Shown piece by piece: positions 49,293-59,118 of a stretch of 64,000 nucleotides of DNA (positions are counted from its first letter, which is position 1; each line of letters starts with the position of its first letter). The translations under genes and the position numbers were made by a program. The notes below the pieces were generated by a model. That model saw only the letters and a list, made by a program, of their open reading frames with translations, searched no databases and was not told where the DNA came from. Source of the stretch: Thermoproteota archaeon (GTDB lineage Archaea > Thermoproteota > EX4484-205 > JAAOZP01); contig JAWCDE010000001.1 of NCBI GenBank assembly GCA_038861395.1, forward strand, positions 9,144-73,143, written 5' to 3'.

Positions 49293-49658
49293 ATGTCTCA
49301 GGAATTGCCCCTTCAACTGCAGGAGAAACTGTCTAGGCTTCAACAGCTTCAACAAACCCTAGAATCCCTCTACATCCAGAAGGAGCAGGCTAAGCTGGAG
49401 GCCAGGGAGTTAGAATCCGCTTTTCAAGAATTGTCTTCTATTGATGAAAACACTCCGGTTTACAGGATAACCGGTAGGATTCTTATTCGGAAGAGCAAGG
49501 CAGACTTAATAAACGAGTTGAACGAGCAAAGGGAGCTTATTAAAGTCAGGATAAGCGCGATCGAAAGGCAAGAGAGCAAGGTTAGGGAAAGGGTTAGTGA
49601 GCTTGAAAACGAGTTAAAGGCAGCTCTTTCGACCAGCAGGAGTGATCTTCCTGCTTAA
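49293..49658 (+). CDS. pfdB: Prefoldin beta subunit
   Basis: Coiled coils around VYRITGRILI. Confidence 0.92.
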   Translation: MSQELPLQLQEKLSRLQQLQQTLESLYIQKEQAKLEARELESAFQELSSIDENTPVYRITGRILIRKSKADLINELNEQRELIKVRISAIERQESKVRERVSELENELKAALSTSRSDLPA

Positions 49659-49724
49659 GAAATAAATGGTATGCTGATCTAAAGACTTTTTAAATCATTC
49701 CCTGATTCTGAGACAAAACTAGGG

Positions 49725-50591
49725 ATGAACGTAGTAGATCTGAGAAGTGTGAGCTTCCGGTACGCGGGCTCTGATAGAAACGTTTTGTCAGATATTAATC
49801 TTAAGATTGAGGAGGGGGAGAGTGTATTAATAACAGGCCCCTCGGGTTGCGGGAAGTCTACGATAGCCAGAGTCATCATGGGGTTAATACCGCATAGTTA
49901 TCCCGGAGATTTCAGTGGCGAGGCATATGTCTTAGGCATGAACATTCTGGAGAATCCAGTGAGTAGAATTGCAACGAGCTGTGGAATCGTGTTTCAAAAC
50001 CCTGAGAATCAACTTTTCACTTTCAGCGTGGAGGATGATGTCGCATTCGGGCCTGAAAACCTTGCTCTCCCCCCTTACGAGATTTGCAGGAGGGTTGACG
50101 AATCTCTTAGACTTGTTGGAATAGAGCATCTCAGACATGCTTCTCCAAACAGTATTTCAGGTGGGGAACAACAGAAGGCAGCCATCGCATCCATAATCTC
50201 TATGTACCCGTCCCTGATAATTTTTGACGAGCCCACTTCCATGCTAGACCCTTCATCGTCAGCCAGCCTGATTCAAAGCATCTTCAGGCTTAAGGAGAGT
50301 CTTAGAGAGATGGGGAAGGAAATAACTCTGATAATTATAGAGCATAGGATTAATCTCCTTATTAATCATATCTCAAGGATGATTGTTGTATCGGATGGTA
50401 AAATAGTTCTCGATGGAGACCCCATGATGGTTCTCAATGAGAGCTTTGAAAGAGGGATTCCGATAAACATCCCCCCACTTCTCCGAATATATTTCAGGAT
50501 TAAGGATAGGTGCGGCTTAGAGAAGCCTCCGAGAAGCCTCAAAGAGCTTCTCTCTTATTTAAGGGAAGGCGGGTGGGGAAGAAATGGTTGA
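49725..50591 (+). CDS. ecfA1: ECF transporter ATPase A1
   Basis: GPSGCGKST, FQNPENQ, ISGGEQQK, DEPTS. Confidence 0.9.
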   Translation: MNVVDLRSVSFRYAGSDRNVLSDINLKIEEGESVLITGPSGCGKSTIARVIMGLIPHSYPGDFSGEAYVLGMNILENPVSRIATSCGIVFQNPENQLFTFSVEDDVAFGPENLALPPYEICRRVDESLRLVGIEHLRHASPNSISGGEQQKAAIASIISMYPSLIIFDEPTSMLDPSSSASLIQSIFRLKESLREMGKEITLIIIEHRINLLINHISRMIVVSDGKIVLDGDPMMVLNESFERGIPINIPPLLRIYFRIKDRCGLEKPPRSLKELLSYLREGGWGRNG

Positions 50592-51408
50592 AATAGTTGT
50601 CGAGAATCTCTTCTTCAAATATCCGGAGGCTGAGAACTATGTTTTGAAAAACATTAATCTCATCATTAAGGAGGGTGAGAGTATTGCAATATTGGGTGAA
50701 AACGGCGCCGGCAAGACCACGCTGGCTAAAAACCTTAACGGCTTGCTTAAGCCAACCCAGGGAAGCGTTAAGATCGACGGCGTGGATACAAGAAGTCTCT
50801 CAGTTGCGAAGATAGCTAGGAAAATAGGTTTCGTATGCCACAACCCTGACCACCAGTTTTTCGCAGAAACAGTTGAAGAAGAGATCAGATTTGGATTAAG
50901 GAACTTCGGCTTCCCTGAGAATGAGGCTGAGAGAAGCATCCGGGAGGTTTTGAAAACATTCGGATTAGAGGATTATAGGTTTAGAAACCCTTTTCAACTG
51001 AGCGGTGGAGAGAAGAAAAGACTAGCCATAGCTTCAATAATGGTTTGGAATCCGGAGTTATTAATCTTAGACGAGCCGACGATAGGCATGGACTATGCTC
51101 AGAGACTGAATATTCAAAGAGTTCTCAAAAACCTGGTTTCAGAAGGCAGAAGTATAATTGTAATAACTCATGATGTTGATTTTGCTGTAAGCCTATGCGA
51201 AAGAGCGATAATCCTAAGCAAGGGTGAAGTAATTGGAGACGGATGCTTACGTAAGCTTCTTTCAGACAGCGAAGTTATTGAAAAAGCCTCCTTGAGAAAA
51301 CCTTTCTTAATCGAGCTTGAAGAAGAGCTTGGTTTCTCGATTATGGAAGAGGATTTCGATGAGATATGTGATTTTCTGACAAGGGTGTTCCCTAAATGTC
51401 ATTCTTAA
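50584..51408 (+). CDS. ecfA2: ECF transporter ATPase A2
   Basis: GENGAGKTT, NPDHQ, LSGGEKKR, DEPT. Confidence 0.9.
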   Translation: MVEIVVENLFFKYPEAENYVLKNINLIIKEGESIAILGENGAGKTTLAKNLNGLLKPTQGSVKIDGVDTRSLSVAKIARKIGFVCHNPDHQFFAETVEEEIRFGLRNFGFPENEAERSIREVLKTFGLEDYRFRNPFQLSGGEKKRLAIASIMVWNPELLILDEPTIGMDYAQRLNIQRVLKNLVSEGRSIIVITHDVDFAVSLCERAIILSKGEVIGDGCLRKLLSDSEVIEKASLRKPFLIELEEELGFSIMEEDFDEICDFLTRVFPKCHS

Positions 51409-52130
51409 GAGCATTCAAATACAAGAGGAAAGATTCTTTAATGCATAGGCTGGATCCTAGGTCCAAGTTTCTCCTCTCAATAATGTTAATGTCTTTTTCA
51501 ATAGTTTTTCTTAATGCACACGTACTCCTCGCAATATTGATTTTCCAAATAGTCCTATTAGGTTTGTCGAAGACTCTTAGAGAATGGGTTTATTCGTTAA
51601 GGGGATTGATCTTCTTTTTTGCAATAATATTCATTACACAAATACTTTTCAGCGGGAGCCTTTTTACAGGATTCATACTCTCCTTAAGGCTTATAGTATT
51701 ATCGTCGTCAATGTCTTGGTTTTTCCTCTCCTCTACTCCCGAGGATATTGGTAGAGCGATGAGTGCTGCACGAATCCCCCTGGAGTTAACTTTCTCCTTC
51801 ATAATGGCTATCCGTTTTATACCCGTTATCTACGATGAGTTTCAATCCATATACGATGCGCAGCGTTCACGTGGGCTGGAGCTTGAAAAAGGCGGTTTCA
51901 GGACGAAAATAAGAAATCTCATGCCAATTCTCATCCCCCTGCTCGTCGGAACTATAAGGAGGACTTACGAGATTGCAGACGCGATGGAAGTTAAGGCCTT
52001 CGGAGCCTCGCCGAAAAGAACAAGCTACAAGCCTTTGAAGTTTAGAAGAGGAGACTATTTTCTTTGCTTAGTTTCAGCAATACTGGCTCTAATCATTGTT
52101 TATCTTAAGTTGTTCTTAGGGTTAGAATAG
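51396..52130 (+). CDS. ecfT: ECF transporter T component
   Basis: LDPRSK, RFIP, AQRSRG, ADAME. Confidence 0.92.
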   Translation: MSFLRAFKYKRKDSLMHRLDPRSKFLLSIMLMSFSIVFLNAHVLLAILIFQIVLLGLSKTLREWVYSLRGLIFFFAIIFITQILFSGSLFTGFILSLRLIVLSSSMSWFFLSSTPEDIGRAMSAARIPLELTFSFIMAIRFIPVIYDEFQSIYDAQRSRGLELEKGGFRTKIRNLMPILIPLLVGTIRRTYEIADAMEVKAFGASPKRTSYKPLKFRRGDYFLCLVSAILALIIVYLKLFLGLE

Positions 52131-52133
52131 ATC

Positions 52134-53612
52134 TTAAGCAAATCTTATTTGAGAAACCGCCCCGTTCTTAAGCATTAGCACTGCGACAATATTCGGAGTG
52201 GGCATTATTCCAAGCTGCTCTTGATACTTGGTTCTCTCCTGCCACGTACCGCTGTTGATCAGCCTTATCTCTCTATAAACCCCGTTTCTGAAAACGTGTA
52301 CGTGGCCCGTATGAAACACATCTGGAACCTCGTCTATGACAAGATCATCCTGGCCTTGTGCTAGTAAGGGTGTTCTAGACCCGTACACTGGTGCTAGATG
52401 CCTGAGTTGAAGCATTATCTCCATAGCGTTCTCAGGCCTATCGTAACTCGCGTTCTTGGCGAAGGTTGCAATATCCTCCATGCTTGTGCCATGATAGACT
52501 AGGAACTTAACACCGTGCAACGATACCATGCAGGGATTGCTTAGAGATATCAGGTTTCCACTGCTATCGAGTTTCTCCAAATACTCATCGAATATCGGGG
52601 GTTGCGGAATGGCTCGTAGGGTTGCATCATGATTACCAGGTATAACTATAATCTTGATATGCTCAGGTATTTGGTTCAGAAGAGTCGAAAGACCCGCATA
52701 CTGTTCTTCTATACTTCTCACTTTAAGCTCCCTTTCTTGCTGAGGATAGACCCCAACGCCGTCTACAAGATCTCCTGCTATGATTATGTACTTAACCTTG
52801 GAAGATACTTCTTTTTCCTTCTCAGTAAGACCTCCCTCTCTAAGCCAACGTATCATTCTTACGAAAGCTTTCTCAGAGAATTTCTGGCTCCCATAGTGAA
52901 TGTCCGAGGTTAAGATAGCCGCCACATCTTCTTCAGCCGGCTTAAATCTCTTTATCGGCACGTCTGGAAAAATCAGAGACCGGCAGAAAAGCCTGGAGTT
53001 AGAGACGTAGAAGGATACTCCGACTACTGAGTCGGGTAAGAGCCTGCCTATTTTCTCTTTCAAATCCTTATCACAATCCTTGGGAATCAATATCTTAGTG
53101 ATGAAATCAATATCCTCTACTACAAGGTAATTTTCGCGCTTCTCATACACCATGACTACGGTTTTCCCCTCTGAGCGATCTGGGAGACTGCATGCTTTCC
53201 TCAATGGATAGTATGGAACCATGTCCGCTCTGCTCCTTAATATTGAAGAGATCTTTGAATACCTGTCGGCGAAATACCTCCTTCTAGCCTCCAAGTCATC
53301 CGATGCCTGCCTAGCCTCGTAGGACTTCAAAACCTCGATTCTTTCTTCAACATCTTTAGCTAAAACCTGGTTATGCACGCCCAACGATACCTCCGTCTTC
53401 ATAGCACTACCTATAACTCGTTCAACATCCTTCTTTGAGACAACAACCTCTCTCTCCCCGATTTCTTCAACCAGTTTGCCAAGAACCGTATGAATCAATT
53501 TTTCATCATAGTTTTCAACAAGCATTGAAAGCGCCTCCGGGTTTAGAAGTATTCCCAAGCGAGTTGCTTCCGCTAATACCTTCTTCTTAACAGCCTCCTT
53601 ATCCTGACTCAA
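52134..53612 (-). CDS. DNA polymerase D small (exonuclease) subunit DP1
   Basis: SDIHYGS, AGDLVDG, PGNHD, YHG, RHLAP, TGHVH, NSGTWQ. Confidence 0.95.
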   Translation of the reverse strand: MSQDKEAVKKKVLAEATRLGILLNPEALSMLVENYDEKLIHTVLGKLVEEIGEREVVVSKKDVERVIGSAMKTEVSLGVHNQVLAKDVEERIEVLKSYEARQASDDLEARRRYFADRYSKISSILRSRADMVPYYPLRKACSLPDRSEGKTVVMVYEKRENYLVVEDIDFITKILIPKDCDKDLKEKIGRLLPDSVVGVSFYVSNSRLFCRSLIFPDVPIKRFKPAEEDVAAILTSDIHYGSQKFSEKAFVRMIRWLREGGLTEKEKEVSSKVKYIIIAGDLVDGVGVYPQQERELKVRSIEEQYAGLSTLLNQIPEHIKIIVIPGNHDATLRAIPQPPIFDEYLEKLDSSGNLISLSNPCMVSLHGVKFLVYHGTSMEDIATFAKNASYDRPENAMEIMLQLRHLAPVYGSRTPLLAQGQDDLVIDEVPDVFHTGHVHVFRNGVYREIRLINSGTWQERTKYQEQLGIMPTPNIVAVLMLKNGAVSQIRFA

Positions 53613-53705
53613 CCGTTAGAAATTAAGCAATAGAGTTTTTATTCTTTTCAAAGCCAATAAAGGATAAGGTTTATTTACCTTGCGTATGGAATAATATTGT
53701 TGTAA

Positions 53706-53891
53706 ATGTCTAAAGAAAGCTCTAAGAAAAAAGGAGGACGTAGGTCTGCTCGTCTCCCTGCAGGGACTGCAGGACTATTCAGTACTTTAGGTGAAAAAGG
53801 TAAGGGTTTCCAGATTAAGCCCATAATAGTAATCGCCTTATCGATAATCTTTATAGCACTCAGCATACTACTGCTTGCGTTGAGAATATAA
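53706..53891 (+). CDS. Sec61beta/SecG translocon subunit
   Basis: Basic N-terminus, AGLF, IKP then one TM helix. Confidence 0.8.
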   Translation: MSKESSKKKGGRRSARLPAGTAGLFSTLGEKGKGFQIKPIIVIALSIIFIALSILLLALRI

Positions 53892-53895
53892 AAGA

Positions 53896-55665
53896 TTGTC
53901 CTCCAGAGATGCGTCTCGTTATGTTAAGTTTCTCTTTTCATTTCCATCTTTACGTGTATTAATGTCTGTAAACCTTTTACTTGAGTTAATTATTTCAATA
54001 TTTATATTAGTTTCATGTCCTATTCTCAGAGGAATCCCTCAAACTTTAATCCTATTTTTTTCACCAACATTATACTCAGTACTTATCTATGAAGGATTCC
54101 TTCGAGGAGATAAAATTCTAACCTTAAAGAGACTGCTGGCACTTCAATCTATCCAAGAGATTCTTTATCTACCGCTTGTTTCAACAGGGTGTTTACTTAC
54201 TTTCGTTTTTAGCCAAAGTCCTTGCTCTACAATATTCTTAATGATTTCGATAGGTATAGCTTTGTCATCCTTCATCTCTACACTAGTAATGCTCGGCTTC
54301 TTGAGAAAAAGAACTCTCATTATCCTCGCAATATCTTTGCTATACACGTTTTTGCAATCATCCCGCTGGCTCATATTAAGTCTGATACTAGTTGAATCAT
54401 GGGTCAAAATAATTCTGCCACTTACAATATCTTTTTCTCTATGCTTACTCTTCTTGTTTATTATAGGTCTTAAATGGGAGAAGTATTCCTGGAGGAATCC
54501 GTTAGAAATCTTCAAAGCATACTTGGAATATTACTTAAACAAAAATCCTGAACCGTTTGAAACCATTCTTGAAGAAATGAGTAAGAAAGAAGACTTAGCG
54601 TTATCCTTACTGCTCTTAATTCCCCGCGCTGGGGAAAGCTTGTCAATCTTCGGCTTATCCGCTCACTTTGGGCCATTCGGCATGATTGGCGGCAGTTCGC
54701 TACCGAGTCGTTTAATTAAGGAGTTTGAAAACAATGGTCTTCGAATAGTTCTGCTCCGTAATCTATCAGACCACCGTTTTAATCTTCCATCAGGGAGACA
54801 AGTTGAGGAGATTAGGAAAAAGATGATGGCGGCGTTAAGTTCCGCTGAATACTTGGGAAAGTGTCGGGCAAGCATAATTCAAAAAGAGGCTGAAGGATAT
54901 TGTATTACCGCGATCCGTATCTGTTCTTACTGTATTGTTCTATTATCCTGCCCAGGGTATTCCGTTGAAGACCTTCCTCCGGAATGGTTGCCGGAGTTTT
55001 CGGATATTGTGAGCCGCCACGGCCTAACTACACTAATAATCGCTGATGCTCATAACTCGATAGATTCTTCAAATTGGAAAGTATCTGAACCCGATAGGGA
55101 AATACTTTCTAGGCTCTTGCATAACGCATTGGAAATACTAAAGGAAGTGCCTCAAAAAGATTTAAAAATTGGTTTTAACAGGATTCTGCCTACTACTCTT
55201 CCTAAAGACGAAATAGGACCTGGAGGAATATCTACCCTGGTTTTCAATACTGAGGGTGAGAATCATGTTCTTATATTGATTGACGGGAACAATATGGTTA
55301 GTGGCTTACGCGATTACCTTATTAACAACCTCAAAAGCCTGCTCGATATATCGACACTTGAGATCATTACTACAGACACCCATCTCCTGACCGGTATTAA
55401 GAAGTCTAAGAAGGGATATTTTCCGATAGGTTTTAAAACAGGGAGAGAGTTTATCCTCCAATCCTGCTTAGAGTCTATTAATGGTGCTATGAAGAGCCTT
55501 TCCCCCTGTTCGGTGAAAGTTTGGATCGGGAGGGTTGATGGAGTCAAGATTACTGGAGAGATTTTTAACATGTTTGAAAACTTCGTGAAATATTGTGATA
55601 AAGTAATACGTATTTTATTTTTTGCTATAACACTACTGAATGCCTTATTGCTTAGCTTCCTTTAA
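53896..55665 (+). CDS. DUF2070 family membrane protein
   Basis: N-terminal TMs, HFGPF, DAHNS, DGNN, TTDTH. Confidence 0.88.
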   Translation: MSSRDASRYVKFLFSFPSLRVLMSVNLLLELIISIFILVSCPILRGIPQTLILFFSPTLYSVLIYEGFLRGDKILTLKRLLALQSIQEILYLPLVSTGCLLTFVFSQSPCSTIFLMISIGIALSSFISTLVMLGFLRKRTLIILAISLLYTFLQSSRWLILSLILVESWVKIILPLTISFSLCLLFLFIIGLKWEKYSWRNPLEIFKAYLEYYLNKNPEPFETILEEMSKKEDLALSLLLLIPRAGESLSIFGLSAHFGPFGMIGGSSLPSRLIKEFENNGLRIVLLRNLSDHRFNLPSGRQVEEIRKKMMAALSSAEYLGKCRASIIQKEAEGYCITAIRICSYCIVLLSCPGYSVEDLPPEWLPEFSDIVSRHGLTTLIIADAHNSIDSSNWKVSEPDREILSRLLHNALEILKEVPQKDLKIGFNRILPTTLPKDEIGPGGISTLVFNTEGENHVLILIDGNNMVSGLRDYLINNLKSLLDISTLEIITTDTHLLTGIKKSKKGYFPIGFKTGREFILQSCLESINGAMKSLSPCSVKVWIGRVDGVKITGEIFNMFENFVKYCDKVIRILFFAITLLNALLLSFL

Positions 55666-55929
55666 GTGAGGATTCTCCACAACTATTTCTATCACGGGAG
55701 TTATTCTTGAAGTGCCCCCTCCGCTTTCCTCCAGAATCCTTACTTCAATTATCTGCATGCCCGCTATATTCCTACGCAGAAGATTGGCAACGTCAACTGC
55801 TCTAGAAATGTTTTCTCCCCTTCCTCTTATAATGAGGGTTTTATTCCCGCTATTAAACACAGTGATGCATGCAGTAACATAGTTCCAAGGCTTCTTCCTC
55901 CCCACGATAACTACAGCCTCACTACTCAA
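55645..55929 (-). CDS. albA: Alba nucleic-acid-binding protein
   Basis: VGRKKPWNYV, RGENISRAVDV. Confidence 0.88.
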   Translation of the reverse strand: MSSEAVVIVGRKKPWNYVTACITVFNSGNKTLIIRGRGENISRAVDVANLLRRNIAGMQIIEVRILEESGGGTSRITPVIEIVVENPHLKEAKQ

Positions 55930-57445
55930 TATTCATCATCTCCACTTCACTGTCACCAGTAACCTCAATGCATAATCTCCCCATACCTCTTTCTCTAACG
56001 TTACACCATTTAATTCTTACTCCCATCCCGGGTTGCAAGCCGAGTATTTTACTGGTGTTTTCGCGCCAAGCCACTACCTCCGCTACCCCCGTGTCATCCA
56101 TTAGGTTTAGGCGGCATGCTCTTATCTTTTCACCGGATGTTAAAATAACTTCTTGTTCTTCTGGGCTTGTTGAAACAATCCCTTCAACATGAACCTTCCT
56201 CATCCCAGGTTCAAGCTCGTTGATTCTATAAGTTTTCTCCGGAACCTTCAGATTTGAAAGATCTTTCTCAACGTCAATTATCGTTGTAGATGATGTTGTA
56301 CTCAGTAAGATCTGCTTCCCCTTGCTTCTTACAAGAATGTTTAGAAAAGCTATTTTCTTTCCCTCGGCATCTACTTGTTTAAGCTTGTCTATAATACTGC
56401 CCCAGCATGTTAATACGGCGTGGGACTCTCCGTCTGAAACAATAGCGTCTACCATCCTCCTCGCCCTGCCGGCTAGGGAGATAACGTTCTCCTTAAACAT
56501 CTTAAGCACGTGGAGCTTCAGATTAACGAGTTTGCCCGGATCTGCTTTAGAAAGAATGCTATACTCTGCTTCCCCTGTCTTGCTCAGTATCTCTAAACAC
56601 CCCATTGAATTAAGCTCCAGCTCTAGGCTTCCACTCAAACCCCTCCTAACTCTGGCTCCAGCTACTAGAACAGTGCTGAAAACATCTTTTTCAGTTATTT
56701 TAGTAGAATGCTCATGCCAAAGGGTTAGCGGTATCCTCAAATCACCCTCCGCTAAGACTATCCTCCTAACAGTACCTTCTCCCCTTATCGGGTCTGAAAA
56801 TTTCTTAATCTCTGAAACCCCTGCCACTACGGCCTTAACATTAACAACATTATCGTCATAACTTAATTCTCCGAGTTTTTTAAAGAAGGCTTCCCTAGTA
56901 GGGATGTCCAAGCTATCTTCAATCCTCGATATGCTTCCAGCGTTTCCTAAATGTATCTCTATGGTTCCCATCCTCCCCTCTTTACTATACGCCCTTGTCA
57001 CTCTAACCACGTCCCCGACATCAATACCAAGCTCCCGAAGCAGATTCGCTTTTTCCCTCCACAGATACAGGTAGCCCCACCCTGAGGAGTCTCCTATTAT
57101 TACTCTCGTTATCATAACCTTGCCGTCAGCAGATTCTATTTCCTTCGGCTCTAAGATTGCAATGACTCTCCCACGCGTCGATATGCTTGTAAGGCCTGAA
57201 ACAATACTGCCAATCTTGATCTCCTTCTCTAGCGAAACCTCTTCTAGTCTTATTCCCAATTCGTTTGCCACGCTGAAGACGGCCCAAACTTCCCTGTAGG
57301 CTTCGCTAACACGCGCATGCTTCTTTTTCTCCTCTATTTTCTGAATAAGCTCTTCTCTAGACATGTCTCTCCTCCTCTCGAGAATAGCCTCAATATACCT
57401 CTGGATAAGCTCCTCCCTAGACATCCTCCCCCTCTCCCATCCCAA
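55922..57445 (-). CDS. rpa: Replication protein A-like multi-OB-fold protein
   Basis: Repeated D.(S/T)G....(L/A)W OB-fold motifs. Confidence 0.8.
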   Translation of the reverse strand: MGWERGRMSREELIQRYIEAILERRRDMSREELIQKIEEKKKHARVSEAYREVWAVFSVANELGIRLEEVSLEKEIKIGSIVSGLTSISTRGRVIAILEPKEIESADGKVMITRVIIGDSSGWGYLYLWREKANLLRELGIDVGDVVRVTRAYSKEGRMGTIEIHLGNAGSISRIEDSLDIPTREAFFKKLGELSYDDNVVNVKAVVAGVSEIKKFSDPIRGEGTVRRIVLAEGDLRIPLTLWHEHSTKITEKDVFSTVLVAGARVRRGLSGSLELELNSMGCLEILSKTGEAEYSILSKADPGKLVNLKLHVLKMFKENVISLAGRARRMVDAIVSDGESHAVLTCWGSIIDKLKQVDAEGKKIAFLNILVRSKGKQILLSTTSSTTIIDVEKDLSNLKVPEKTYRINELEPGMRKVHVEGIVSTSPEEQEVILTSGEKIRACRLNLMDDTGVAEVVAWRENTSKILGLQPGMGVRIKWCNVRERGMGRLCIEVTGDSEVEMMNIE

Positions 57446-57491
57446 ACCCTAGTCTAATAGGGGGCTTAAGATATTTACGCGCATCCATCGT

Positions 57492-57602
57492 CTAGCGTTT
57501 AACAGCCTTCTTGGCGATGAAGTAGATAATTACTATCATGATGCCAATTGCCAGAATAAGCGTTATCTTCTCTAAATTACCTATGAAATCGCTTAAGCCC
57601 AT
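57492..57602 (-). CDS. 36-aa single-pass membrane microprotein
   Basis: MGLSDFIGNLEKITLILAIGIMIVIIYFIAKKAVKR*; TATA-like CTTATTAA about 25 nt upstream. Confidence 0.6.
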   Translation of the reverse strand: MGLSDFIGNLEKITLILAIGIMIVIIYFIAKKAVKR

Positions 57603-57673
57603 GCCCTATTAGTCCAGAACAAAGGTTAATAAGCTTTAAATTAGTAGAGAAAACACCTGTAGGTGGAGCGGAG

Positions 57674-58324
57674 TTGAGTAGGGAAGAGAGCGTCAAATTC
57701 CCACTTTCCGAAGCATTCTCGTTCAGCCTAGAGAGTATTAAACGAAGATTTGGCAGAGCTCTCGTAACCATGGCGTCAATAATACTTGGCATATCGTTCT
57801 TGTCCTTCCTTCTCACCACCGGGAGAATAGTATCGATTATGCAACAACAATCCGGTACTGCTGTACAAGCATATCAGATATGGATGGCAATCATAGCGAT
57901 ACTCATCTGCGCTGTGGGAATAGTGAACAGTATGCTGATGAGCGTGACGGAGAGATATAAGGAGATTGGTACCATAAAATGCTTGGGTGCGAGGAACGGG
58001 CATGTGCTGGAGATATTCTTAATAGAAGCCTTCCTCCTAGGGTTGATAGGCGGCGCTATAGGGGCAGTCAGCGGCTGGGGTATAGCTGCCTTATGGCAAT
58101 ATCTCTTACCCCTAATGACGCAGCAGGGGTCTGTGCAGACCGAGGCGTTGATTATTGCAGCAAGATTATGGTTAGAGTTAAACGTTAATGAGCCGTTAAT
58201 CCTTTTGTCGAATCCACTAATAGGCATAGCTCTCAGCGTATTCATTGCACTAATATCATCAATAGTGCCTGCCTATATCGCTGCTAAACTCAGCCCGACA
58301 GAGGCTTTGAGATACGAGGCTTAG
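57674..58324 (+). CDS. Short FtsX/MacB-type ABC permease
   Basis: NSMLMSVTERYKEIGTIKCLGA, PAYIAAKLSPTEALR. Confidence 0.9.
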   Translation: MSREESVKFPLSEAFSFSLESIKRRFGRALVTMASIILGISFLSFLLTTGRIVSIMQQQSGTAVQAYQIWMAIIAILICAVGIVNSMLMSVTERYKEIGTIKCLGARNGHVLEIFLIEAFLLGLIGGAIGAVSGWGIAALWQYLLPLMTQQGSVQTEALIIAARLWLELNVNEPLILLSNPLIGIALSVFIALISSIVPAYIAAKLSPTEALRYEA

Positions 58325-58336
58325 GAGGTGTTTCAA

Positions 58337-59062
58337 ATGGCTATGAGATATGAATATGCTGTCGAAACCGAGGATCTTGCTAAATACTACATAATGGGTC
58401 CTGTGACCGTTAAAGCTTTAGACGGCGTGAGTGTGAAGATAAGGAGATCAGAATACTTGTCTCTCATGGGTCCTTCGGGAAGCGGAAAAACTACTTTCTT
58501 CAACATGGTCGGAGGCTTAGACAGGCCCACCAGGGGGAAGGTTTTCATCGACGAAGTGGATATAGCAAGCCTAGACGCCTACGAGCTGGCGTGGCTAAGG
58601 GCTAAGAAAATAGGGTACGTCTTCCAGACCTTCAACCTAATACCTGTGCTAACGGCGATGGAAAACGTTCTACTGCCGATGATTTTCACGGGTGTTGAGA
58701 GAGATGAGAGAATGAGGAGGGCTAGGGAAATGCTTACTAGAGTGGGACTTGGAGAGAGACTGGACCATAAGCCCGGAGAACTATCAGGAGGACAACAGCA
58801 AAGAGTAGCAATAGCAAGAGCACTAGTCAACGACCCAGTAATAGTCCTGGCAGACGAACCCACGGGAAACCTAGACCTACACACAGGACTGGAAATAATT
58901 AATCTTTTAAAAACATTAAACACAGAGAAAAAAGTAACAATAATCAATGCGACTCACGATCTCAAAATGATCGACGTCTCAGATAGAATATTTTGGCTAC
59001 GCGATGGTAAGATTGAGAGAATCGAAACCAGGGCTGAAGTCGCCGTCAGGGAAGTAGAGTAA
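58337..59062 (+). CDS. LolD/MacB-type ABC ATPase
   Basis: GPSGSGKT, FQTFNL, LSGGQQQRV, ADEPTGNLD; GGAGGTG SD upstream. Confidence 0.93.
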   Translation: MAMRYEYAVETEDLAKYYIMGPVTVKALDGVSVKIRRSEYLSLMGPSGSGKTTFFNMVGGLDRPTRGKVFIDEVDIASLDAYELAWLRAKKIGYVFQTFNLIPVLTAMENVLLPMIFTGVERDERMRRAREMLTRVGLGERLDHKPGELSGGQQQRVAIARALVNDPVIVLADEPTGNLDLHTGLEIINLLKTLNTEKKVTIINATHDLKMIDVSDRIFWLRDGKIERIETRAEVAVREVE

Positions 59063-59118
59063 ACAATTAAAACCTCAAACGTTCAACTCTTTAACATAAG
59101 TTTAGATAAAACTGTTTT

